From an uncultured archaeon (GTDB lineage Archaea; Iainarchaeota; Iainarchaeia; Iainarchaeales; JAAZKV01): a stretch of DNA of 32,000 nucleotides. This document shows, piece after piece, positions 24,001 to 31,440 of this stretch. Under the pieces are notes generated by a model. It had not been told where the DNA came from. It ran no database searches and was given only the letters and a program-made list of their open reading frames with translations. The DNA lies in NCBI GenBank assembly GCA_964551375.1, contig CAZKBG010000001.1:450001-482000 (forward strand). The letters run 5' to 3'. Numbering within the stretch: the first letter of the stretch is position 1; every line of letters starts with the position of its first letter. The position numbers and the translations under genes are program-made.

Positions 24001-25421
24001 GAATCATTCACCTTTCCAAAAGAATACAGCCTTTTTTCCTGCAAGTGAGGCGCAACCGCCATCAAGCCGACAGGAAGTCCCTGGCTAAATCCAGCATTAA
24101 TGCTTAAGTGAGGCAGTCCGGCAAGATTAGCAGGAACCGTGCACAAATCCATCGCAAAATTCTGCATAGGAGTAAGCTTCTCAATCTCATCAAACTTTGG
24201 CGCAATAACCGGCATTGTAGGATACAAAAGCAAATCATAACTTTTAAACGCGCTGTTAAATTCATTGATTAATTTTGTTCTAACTCTCATTGCTTTTAAG
24301 TAATAAGCGTCACGATAGCCCGACATTCTTGCAAAAGTTCCAAGAATTATTCTTCTCTTAGCTTCATCACTAAATTCTTTGCTTCTGATTTCAGAAAAAT
24401 ACTCGTCAAAATGCTTGCCTTCAACTGCCCCTTGTGCGCCGTACCTTAACCCAGAAAGTTTTGCAAGATTTGTGGATGCTTCGCTTGTCGCAATCACATA
24501 ATACGCGCTAAGAGCGTACTTTACATTCAAAGGCAGACTCACTTCTTCAATTCTATAAAATTTTTTCAACTCATCAATCTTCTTCTGAACAACTTCCCTC
24601 ACAAGAGGGTCGCATCCTTCAAAAAAATCTTTCACAACAGCCATTTTCTTTAAAGGATAATCTTCAGCCTTAAATCCGTTTGAAAGAGAAGTGGAGTCCT
24701 TTGAATCAGGCCCGCTGATTGCTTCAAGCAAAAGCGAAGCATCTTCAATATTTTTCCCGATGCTCCCGATTTTATCAAGCGAATTCGCATAATCAATTAA
24801 TCCAAATCTTGAAACAAGCCCGTATGTTGGAGTGATTCCAACACAGCCGCAAAAACTCGCAGGAGCAGCAATGCTCCCCCCAGTGCTTTCCCCGATTGCA
24901 ATATGATAATTTTTTGTAAACGCAGTAAATCCCGCAGCCCCTCCGCTTGAGCCCCCGCAGGAGCGCAGATTATCAAAAGGATTTTTTGGAACCTTTTCAG
25001 TGTGAGTCGCAAATGTTCCGAACCCAAATTCATCCTGCGTAGTTTTTGCCAATATTATTGCCCCTTCAGCTCTTGCGCGCTCAATAACAGTCGCATCAAA
25101 AAGAGGCTTGTATCCTTTAAGTATTTTTGAGCCCGCTTTTGATTCAATCCCCTTAACGCAGATCGCATCTTTAACAGTAACAGGAATTCCAAAAAGTTTT
25201 CCATTATATTTAGAGTCTTTTTTTTCAAAACTCTTCTTAAGTTCAGCAACCTGCCTCAACACATCCGCTGAATCAAACTCTTCAATATAGTTCAAGCCCT
25301 TTGCCTGAGTAAATCTAATTTCCTGAATAATTTGAGCAACATTATTTTCAACCACAGAAAAGTCTTTTTTTGCCGATTCAACAAAAAACCTTGCAGTATC
25401 TTCGCGTTTCATCAAAATCAC
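23997..25421 (-). CDS. gatA: Asp-tRNA(Asn)/Glu-tRNA(Gln) amidotransferase subunit A (amidase signature family)
   Basis: The amidase signature is GGSSGGAAG...GESTGGSIAAPASFCGCVGITPTYGLVSRFG. The track start at 25421 is a GTG; the ATG at 25412 (MKREDTA) is an alternative. Confidence 0.9.
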   Translation of the reverse strand: MILMKREDTARFFVESAKKDFSVVENNVAQIIQEIRFTQAKGLNYIEEFDSADVLRQVAELKKSFEKKDSKYNGKLFGIPVTVKDAICVKGIESKAGSKILKGYKPLFDATVIERARAEGAIILAKTTQDEFGFGTFATHTEKVPKNPFDNLRSCGGSSGGAAGFTAFTKNYHIAIGESTGGSIAAPASFCGCVGITPTYGLVSRFGLIDYANSLDKIGSIGKNIEDASLLLEAISGPDSKDSTSLSNGFKAEDYPLKKMAVVKDFFEGCDPLVREVVQKKIDELKKFYRIEEVSLPLNVKYALSAYYVIATSEASTNLAKLSGLRYGAQGAVEGKHFDEYFSEIRSKEFSDEAKRRIILGTFARMSGYRDAYYLKAMRVRTKLINEFNSAFKSYDLLLYPTMPVIAPKFDEIEKLTPMQNFAMDLCTVPANLAGLPHLSINAGFSQGLPVGLMAVAPHLQEKRLYSFGKVNDS

Positions 25422-25453
25422 ATTTTATTATTAAACAAAAATTCCAAAAATTC

Positions 25454-25753
25454 TCACAGAGCCTTCGGTCCCTTAAAATAATTATTTTCCCTAAGCTTTG
25501 CGCTTGCGTTCTTTAAAGCATCCTCAACCGAAAGCGAAGGCTTAACTTCATCCTTCCTAAACTTGTTGCTCATCTCAATAGGCTGAAAACTCGGCTCTTC
25601 AGCAGCATTAATTTCATCCAGCTTGTTAAAAGAATCAAGAATAATTTCTTTTATTTGAGGAACAAACTTTTCAAGCTCCTCTTCAGTCAAATTAAGCCTT
25701 GCGTTAAGAGCAACTTTTCTAATCAAATCCTTAGTAACTTCAATATTAGCCAT
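25454..25753 (-). CDS. gatC: Asp-tRNA(Asn)/Glu-tRNA(Gln) amidotransferase subunit C
   Basis: The ~99-aa protein starts MANIEVTKDLIRKVALNARLNLTEEELEKFVPQIKEIILDSFNKLDEI, a GatC-typical pattern, and sits directly upstream of gatA. The track ORF starts at a TTG at 25771. I prefer the ATG at 25753, which sits ~26 nt downstream of a TTAAAAAA box. Confidence 0.8.
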   Translation of the reverse strand: MANIEVTKDLIRKVALNARLNLTEEELEKFVPQIKEIILDSFNKLDEINAAEEPSFQPIEMSNKFRKDEVKPSLSVEDALKNASAKLRENNYFKGPKAL

Positions 25754-25775
25754 ATCAGAACAATAATGCAAAAGG

Positions 25776-25783
25776 TTTTTTAA
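25776..25783 (-). promoter_or_regulatory. Putative TATA box of the gatC-gatA-GNAT-gatB operon
   Basis: The minus strand reads TTAAAAAA, centred about 26 nt upstream of the gatC ATG at 25753. Confidence 0.3.
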
Positions 25784-25820
25784 TGAACAAAGACGCTAAT
25801 TTTAGCTAAGGGTAAACAAT

Positions 25821-26351
25821 ATGCCGGGCGGAAAAGTACATGGAGGAGGAGGACACGGAAGGCACTCAAGAGAACAGAGGCGAAAATTAATCCACCAAGT
25901 ACGCGCTGAAGAAGGAATACAACGACAGCAGGCAAAACGAGAAAGATATTTTGAAAGAAAATATGAAGGACTTGCCGCGCACTTTGACGCAGTGATAAAA
26001 CCAACCGCCCAAAAAGCGCTTGCAAATATTCAAGCCGCGATGAAGCCAAGCGCTCATGGAAAATCCCTTATTCGCCAGCAGGCAATAATAAGACTCCTTG
26101 CAGTTGACGCATGGCATCACGAAGAAGCGGTGAAAAAAGCAAAAGAACTTCACGTCGAAGATCACCTAAATCCTGAAAAGTTCCACATACTTGAAAGAGA
26201 ACAGCGCGAAACGCTTTGGAAAGAAATCTTAAGCAAAAAAGTCGTGGGAGGAACGGTTCTCATCCCAAGAAAACCAGCAGAGCTTAAAGAAGAAATTGAA
26301 AAATGGAAGGGAAGAGTAAAACACATGTCAAATGGGCAATATCTTAGGTAA
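25821..26351 (+). CDS. Hypothetical basic protein with a Gly/His-rich N-terminus
   Basis: 176-aa ORF beginning MPGGKVHGGGGHGRHSREQRRK. The rest is predicted helical and rich in K/R/E/Q/H. I recognise no motif. It is divergent from gatC. Confidence 0.45.
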   Translation: MPGGKVHGGGGHGRHSREQRRKLIHQVRAEEGIQRQQAKRERYFERKYEGLAAHFDAVIKPTAQKALANIQAAMKPSAHGKSLIRQQAIIRLLAVDAWHHEEAVKKAKELHVEDHLNPEKFHILEREQRETLWKEILSKKVVGGTVLIPRKPAELKEEIEKWKGRVKHMSNGQYLR

Positions 26352-26405
26352 AAAAATTTGGTGATTTTAGTTTTTTAAACTTGCAACTGAATTTATTTAT
26401 TAAAT

Positions 26406-27374
26406 TCAATACTCGCTCATTAGTTTCTGCTTGTGCTGCTTTAAGGGTTTAGCAGTGAATCCAAGCCGATTCAATTTTCTTGCAAACTCTTCGCAAAATC
26501 CATGGTCAGTAAGAACAAGCTTGGGATTTGATGCTTTAACATACGCAATCAAATCATTAAAATCAGCATGATTGCTTAGTTTAAAAGTCCTGTCAAACGC
26601 CCCTCTAAATTCCCACCCAGTCACAAGCGCTGAGTGAATTTTTCTTTTATCAAAATGCTCAAGCGTTGCAAACAAATGCCTATCAACCATCTGCGGAGGC
26701 ATGATTAAAACGCTTGATTCTTTAAGATTATGATCAAGCTTCAAATAATTTCCAAGCTTTATTCCATATTTTTCATAAATTTTATTCGCATCAAAGATAG
26801 AATCATGAACAATCGGCACAACCCCCGCTTCGTTTGCAATCCTTGTAAGCTCCTGACTCTTCCCAAGCGAATACCCCGCAAGAAGAACAAGCCCTTCTTT
26901 TGAATTCTTCTTAACCCAGTCAATCATTTCACTAACAACATCCTCCTGCTTTGGAAAAACATATTCAGGAGAGCCAAAAGTTGTCTCAAGCACAAGCGTT
27001 TCGCACTCAACAGGCTCTGCTCCCTTAAATAAAAGAGAATCCTGAAGCCTAAAATCAGAAGTAAACACATGCTCTTTTCCATCATGCGAAAACTTCGCCT
27101 GCGCAGAGCCGAGAATATGCCCGTTAGGAAACAATTCAAGCTCAAATTCATCAAACTTTGTTTTTTTATTAAAATCAATGCTTGAAAACTCCGCTTCCCC
27201 AAACCTAAGCTTCACAAAATCAATCGTTGGAGGGGTTGCAAAAAACACGGATTTTTTTGACAATTTTACATGATCAGAATGCGCATGAGAAAGAAAAACC
27301 TGCCTCTGCTTTGGCGCTCGGTGAGGGTCAATACAAAGCGATGAAAAAGTAATACCATTATCCTGGCGAAACAT
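26406..27374 (-). CDS. Metallo-beta-lactamase fold, beta-CASP-type nuclease (short form, ~322 aa)
   Basis: MBL motifs are LSHAHSDH (HxHxDH), NGHILGS and FTSDF. Beta-CASP-like motifs are LETTFG (A), LSNHAD (B) and LTDHG (C). The track ORF extends to 27539. I prefer the ATG at 27374 (MFRQDNG), which removes a hydrophobic nonsense extension and sits about 26 nt from a TTTTATAC box. Confidence 0.75.
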   Translation of the reverse strand: MFRQDNGITFSSLCIDPHRAPKQRQVFLSHAHSDHVKLSKKSVFFATPPTIDFVKLRFGEAEFSSIDFNKKTKFDEFELELFPNGHILGSAQAKFSHDGKEHVFTSDFRLQDSLLFKGAEPVECETLVLETTFGSPEYVFPKQEDVVSEMIDWVKKNSKEGLVLLAGYSLGKSQELTRIANEAGVVPIVHDSIFDANKIYEKYGIKLGNYLKLDHNLKESSVLIMPPQMVDRHLFATLEHFDKRKIHSALVTGWEFRGAFDRTFKLSNHADFNDLIAYVKASNPKLVLTDHGFCEEFARKLNRLGFTAKPLKQHKQKLMSEY

Positions 27375-27395
27375 ACTGTAATAATCTTGCTTAAA

Positions 27396-27403
27396 GTATA
27401 AAA
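27396..27403 (-). promoter_or_regulatory. Putative TATA box of the MBL nuclease gene
   Basis: The minus strand reads TTTTATAC, centred about 26 nt upstream of the ATG at 27374. Confidence 0.3.
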
Positions 27404-27449
27404 GCACTATTAAGCCACGACTGATGTTTTGTCCAGCCATAGAGAAATG

Positions 27450-27457
27450 TATATATA
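27450..27457 (+). promoter_or_regulatory. Putative TATA box of the coiled-coil protein gene
   Basis: TATATATA is centred about 27 nt upstream of the ATG at 27480. Confidence 0.35.
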
Positions 27458-27479
27458 CAAAAAAACCCTTTATTCTCGC

Positions 27480-28520
27480 ATGAGCCAGGCGCTGGAAAAT
27501 AAAGTAGAGAAAGCAATTGTAAGCATTAACGAGCTTCATGACACAATAGCGAAAGTAAACTGGGCAACGCTAAAAAGGGACGGATTTGTTTTTGAGCTTG
27601 AACACAGCGACAAAAGACTCAAAGACATTTATCTTGCGCTCAACGAGATAAATAAAGAATTAAAGCTCCTCCTTGAGAAAAATACTCCAACTCTTGACTC
27701 CATATTAAGCGAACTTTCAAGGGAAATGACAATAATTGAGTCAAACATAATAATGGAGAAAAAGAAAAAACTAAGGCAGGAAATGGTAAACGCGCTTGAA
27801 TCAGTTGACGTGCCCGATTTATACTCCTCACTTCAGCAGAAAATATTATCACTTTCATTAAAATTAAGATATAACATTGACAGAATCAAAAATTTCCTTT
27901 CAGCAAGAAAAATGCCTTTTGTAAAAAAAGGCTCAACAGCAAAACACCTTCTTGACGCGCTCTCAATGAAAGAGCAGGAACTAAACGAACTCAAACAAAA
28001 ATCATTAGAGCTGAAAAGAAAATCCTACTTTGGAAATGTAACAGAAAAAACAATTGCCGACATCGAGTCAGAGCTTCATGAAATGGACAAAAAACTCAAC
28101 GAAACAGTGACTGAAACTTCAAAGTCGCTTAAAACCCACTTTGCGCAGATAAATTACGTTGAAGGAAGTTTCATTGACCTCAAAAAAAGAGTTGAAGAGA
28201 TTGACGCCACCCACTCGCAATTTTCCAAAAAAGCTCTTGAAGTAATAAGAGAGCTCAAAAAAGAAAGAGATTTTGCAAAAACCCTCGCGCTTGAAATGGA
28301 GCACGAAACCCACAGCAGAAGAAACGAATACACAAAGCAGATTCTTTCAATTGAAGAAAAAAAGAATGCGATTGAAGAACGCCTCGCTGAAAAGCACGAT
28401 AAAGAAACAGAACACATCAAACGACAGCTTGAAGAGAAAAGCGCGGCATTAAAACACGCTCACAAACTAATTGAAAAACTTGAAAATGAAGTAAAAGAAC
28501 TAAAATCCCAAAAAGCATAA
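27480..28520 (+). CDS. Coiled-coil protein, function unknown
   Basis: The ~346-aa protein has a K/E/L-rich heptad-like sequence throughout (for example LEEKSAALKHAHKLIEKLENEVKELKSQKA) and no TM or catalytic motif. The track start at 27429 precedes the TATA box, so I use the ATG at 27480 (MSQALENK). Confidence 0.6.
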   Translation: MSQALENKVEKAIVSINELHDTIAKVNWATLKRDGFVFELEHSDKRLKDIYLALNEINKELKLLLEKNTPTLDSILSELSREMTIIESNIIMEKKKKLRQEMVNALESVDVPDLYSSLQQKILSLSLKLRYNIDRIKNFLSARKMPFVKKGSTAKHLLDALSMKEQELNELKQKSLELKRKSYFGNVTEKTIADIESELHEMDKKLNETVTETSKSLKTHFAQINYVEGSFIDLKKRVEEIDATHSQFSKKALEVIRELKKERDFAKTLALEMEHETHSRRNEYTKQILSIEEKKNAIEERLAEKHDKETEHIKRQLEEKSAALKHAHKLIEKLENEVKELKSQKA

Positions 28521-28556
28521 TTGATAAAATGTAAATAATAAGTTCTTTTGCAATCT

Positions 28557-28973
28557 TTATTCAACAAGAGGAGCGTCTTTTGGCTCAAAATCCCGCTCTT
28601 TAAATAAAATGCTGATTGCAGTCTTTGAAATCTCGCCAATAAGCCTTGCTTTTTCATCCTCAAACTCCGAATCATCAAGCCCTGAAACAGAATCAACTTC
28701 AACTGCCTTTAATATTCTTGTATTTGAAGCAAGTTCCACATCAATAAGCTTCTTTTTAATAAAATCAGCCTCTTCCTCTTCCTCAACCATTGCAAAAACA
28801 ATCAAAAAGTCGCTTTCCTTTGAGCATTCAAGCGCAACAAACGGCAAATCAATAGTAACAGGCACATATCTTGTTTCAAGCTCAAGCCCGGAGATATTCT
28901 TTCCAAGCGCTCTTCCAAGCTCAGGGAATATTTTTATCTGCGTGTCTTTTGTCGAGATCAACGAAATTTTCAT
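28557..28973 (-). CDS. Acidic small protein with possible lumazine-synthase / archaeal riboflavin-synthase-like fold (divergent)
   Basis: From memory, the 138-aa layout parallels archaeal RibC. KISLIST matches KVGIVDT, YVPVTIDLPFVALECSKESDFLIVFAMV matches [29 protein letters not shown], and there is a C-terminal helix ending in ILFKER. This is a by-eye comparison with low certainty. Confidence 0.3.
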   Translation of the reverse strand: MKISLISTKDTQIKIFPELGRALGKNISGLELETRYVPVTIDLPFVALECSKESDFLIVFAMVEEEEEADFIKKKLIDVELASNTRILKAVEVDSVSGLDDSEFEDEKARLIGEISKTAISILFKERDFEPKDAPLVE

Positions 28974-29090
28974 ACACTAAATAACACAACAACCTAATTT
29001 AATTCTTTCACTTTCGCCTAAAAAAACAGGATTTTTTCAAATACACAATCTTTATAAAAAAGAACTTCTTAGTTATTGCAGTGTTATTTG

Positions 29091-30746
29091 ATGTATGACA
29101 AGGATTTTGGCGGGCCAGACTTTGGTTCCGGAGACGGATTAGGCGATAACCAAGTCCAGGGATTTAACGTGCCAAACATTGACACGGGCGCAATGAGAGA
29201 CATGGCAGGGGACGCCGCAAATGCAGGCGCAAACATGGGAAAAAAAATCCTTCCAATCGCAATAATACTAATAATCCTGCTTGCAGTAGGGTTTTTTGTT
29301 TTTACATACGTCGGCTCCCAAAAGGACGTTACAATTGAGCTTCAGGACATTGACGGAAATCCCGTAAGCGGAAGAATTACAAGCTTTAAGGACCCTGCCC
29401 TAAAAGCAGTTCCAACAAGCCCAAAGGAAGGACCTGAAACAACATTTAACGCAAAAGTATTCCCAGGCGACCACAAAATAAGCGTGAGCGCAACAGGATA
29501 CAAGCCAGTTTCAAATAAAACTCTCACAATCACTTCAGACAAAACATCATACCCTGTTACACTTACAAGAGACATATCAGCAAGCTTTGACATACAGCTT
29601 CCTGCAGAAATCTTTGAAGGACAGTCAGTAGCTGGAAAATTAGTGGTTCAAAACAACGGAGGAGAATTTAACACAAGCGACATTACTCCCACAGTCACAG
29701 GGCCAATTGAAGTAAAAATGGAACTAAGCGGCTCTGATATAATTGCAACAGGCGGCGCGGTTTCACTTGACTTTAATATGAAAACAAAAGCCGGGACAGC
29801 AATCACTGCAGGGCAAAAAGTTTCAGTAACATTTAAAGTAAACGGCTCTGAAGTAACAAGCGAAAAAGTCGAGCTTAGCGCATTCCCCGGAGTTAAAACA
29901 ACCGAAGTCACAGTAAGCGGAGTGGAAAAACTCGGCGAAACAAAAGCAATAGGATTAACAGCAGGAACCGACTTGCAGGTAAAAATTACTATTAAAAACG
30001 CAAACAAAAAAGCGCCTTTAAAAAATTTAAGAATTGAAATAGTCCCTGATTCAGAATCAAGCGCGACAAGCGAGTGGATTAGATTTGCAGAGCCAAGCGC
30101 AGAAAGCCGCCTTGTAAAAACAGCCGACGAATTACTGCCAAACACCACGCTCACAGTGACTGTGTTTGTTGAACCCCCAATTGAATCAAAAATAGGCGAT
30201 TCGTTCCAGGGAAGCTTCAAAATTAACGCATTATCAATGAACGGAGAAGTGTCAAAAGTAATGAACTTAGAAGTTACAAAAGAAATCAAAGCGCTCCTCA
30301 ACCTTGTGATTACACCACAAAATCCATCAATAACATGCAAAACAAGCGACAGCATATGCACAACACTCCAATACAGAAATGTAAGCGGAACTCCGACAGC
30401 ATACCTTGAAAATGTGGGGGATATAACAATACTAAAGCCAATAAATATTGCAATTGATGTTTCAGACCCTACAACAAGCACGCTTTGCACTTCATGGATT
30501 TCAACATTCAACCCAGATTCAGGAATGCCTGACGGAGCAGGCGGGTACAACATACAAAAAGATTTGACTGCAAAAGGAACAACAGGAAGCAAAACTTCTG
30601 TTGAAATGGATATTACATCAGTGATTACAGACGAATCAACACAAATAACATGCCCAATAAAATACACTTTCACAGACCCAACAACTGATTTAGTAAAAAC
30701 AAGCAAACTTTCAATGACAATAAAAAGAACAATAAGCACATCATAA
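29091..30746 (+). CDS. Single-pass membrane-anchored surface protein with CarboxypepD_reg/PEGA-like and repeated Ig/CARDB-like domains
   Basis: The N-terminal tail is Gly/Asp-rich and the TM is KKILPIAIILIILLAVGFFVFTYV. Next comes VTIELQDIDGNPVSGRI...FPGDHKISVSATGYKPVSNKTLTI, a PEGA / carboxypeptidase-regulatory pattern. Several beta-sandwich-like repeats follow (GQSVAGKLVVQNNGGEFN, LQVKITIKNANKKAPLKNLRIEIVP). The track start at 29076 is a TTG; the ATG at 29091 is preferred. Confidence 0.65.
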   Translation: MYDKDFGGPDFGSGDGLGDNQVQGFNVPNIDTGAMRDMAGDAANAGANMGKKILPIAIILIILLAVGFFVFTYVGSQKDVTIELQDIDGNPVSGRITSFKDPALKAVPTSPKEGPETTFNAKVFPGDHKISVSATGYKPVSNKTLTITSDKTSYPVTLTRDISASFDIQLPAEIFEGQSVAGKLVVQNNGGEFNTSDITPTVTGPIEVKMELSGSDIIATGGAVSLDFNMKTKAGTAITAGQKVSVTFKVNGSEVTSEKVELSAFPGVKTTEVTVSGVEKLGETKAIGLTAGTDLQVKITIKNANKKAPLKNLRIEIVPDSESSATSEWIRFAEPSAESRLVKTADELLPNTTLTVTVFVEPPIESKIGDSFQGSFKINALSMNGEVSKVMNLEVTKEIKALLNLVITPQNPSITCKTSDSICTTLQYRNVSGTPTAYLENVGDITILKPINIAIDVSDPTTSTLCTSWISTFNPDSGMPDGAGGYNIQKDLTAKGTTGSKTSVEMDITSVITDESTQITCPIKYTFTDPTTDLVKTSKLSMTIKRTISTS

Positions 30747-30819
30747 AAACCGGCTTTTTTAAATTATTCAACCCCCCAACCAAAAAGCTTTTTATTGTAC
30801 AAACCCCAAATACTATCGC

Positions 30820-31440
30820 ATGCCAATTGAACAAATAAAGCCTATACGCTATACTGACGGCTATGAAAGCGCTGAAAAAGAAGACGATGAAATAGTACTA
30901 CCTTCGCTTAGTGAACTTCGAAAAAAAACAATGGACAAAGAGAAAACCATTGAAGACTCCCACAAGCAGATTCACACTGCAATTAAATCAGCCGCCCTTC
31001 CTCGAAAATCATCCGAAAGATACGACAAACAGTTTGGAAAAAAGAACGAACGAAGAGCATACAAGTGGGCAATCGCATTATTCTGCATCGCAATTGTAAT
31101 AACATTCTTTGCCCAGCCAAGCATAGTATTCACAACATCAGGAAGCGCGCTCCTGCTAAAAAATTACTCAGGAAGGGAAATAACTAATGTAACTGTTTTC
31201 ACTTCAGATGATTTATTAAGCTCTCAAAAAACGCCTTATGCAGTTTTTGACAGCATCAAACCGTTTGAAGAAAAAGAAATAAAAAGCGACAAAGTCCGAA
31301 TGCTCATAGCCCTAAGCGACAGACAGCTTCCCGCAGTAGGAGTTGCGCCAATTTCCGACCAAAACATTAATAATGACAAAAACTCTAATACTCCTGCAAG
31401 CCTAAATGATATTTACAACCAAGTAAAGGGTGGACAATAA
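30820..31440 (+). CDS. Single-pass membrane protein, function unknown
   Basis: The 206-aa protein has a charged N-terminal ~80 aa, the TM WAIALFCIAIVITFFAQ, and a ~110-aa C-terminal extracytoplasmic part. Confidence 0.5.
   Translation: MPIEQIKPIRYTDGYESAEKEDDEIVLPSLSELRKKTMDKEKTIEDSHKQIHTAIKSAALPRKSSERYDKQFGKKNERRAYKWAIALFCIAIVITFFAQPSIVFTTSGSALLLKNYSGREITNVTVFTSDDLLSSQKTPYAVFDSIKPFEEKEIKSDKVRMLIALSDRQLPAVGVAPISDQNINNDKNSNTPASLNDIYNQVKGGQ

Noticed and set aside
25780-26165. Two minus-strand ORFs (89 and 92 aa) across the orphan basic protein gene
   Set aside because: They are mutually overlapping, hydrophobic or Cys-rich nonsense-like translations without start signals. The plus-strand ORF is longer and continuous. 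The coding assignment of this segment remains the least certain in the window.
27375-27539. N-terminal 55-aa extension of the MBL nuclease ORF, and the 17-aa extension of the coiled-coil ORF (27429..27479)
   Set aside because: The extensions overlap each other and both putative TATA boxes. The MBL extension (MKLVNAYNCFLYFIFQRLAH...) is not part of the MBL fold. Internal ATGs at 27374 and 27480 sit at canonical distance from the TATA boxes.
28609-28980. 123-aa Ser-rich plus-strand ORF overlapping 28557..28973
   Set aside because: It is low-complexity (SSSNSESSSPETESTST). The minus-strand product has a balanced, fold-like sequence.
29648-30739. 363-aa ORF on the minus strand, antisense to the surface-protein gene
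   Set aside because: Its translation is a monotonous V/S/F/I-rich string with no signal or domain-like pattern. The plus-strand product has a clean TM anchor, PEGA-like and Ig-like repeat patterns, and an upstream TATA-like box. The open antisense frame is best explained by the T/K/E/V-rich codon usage of the sense gene.
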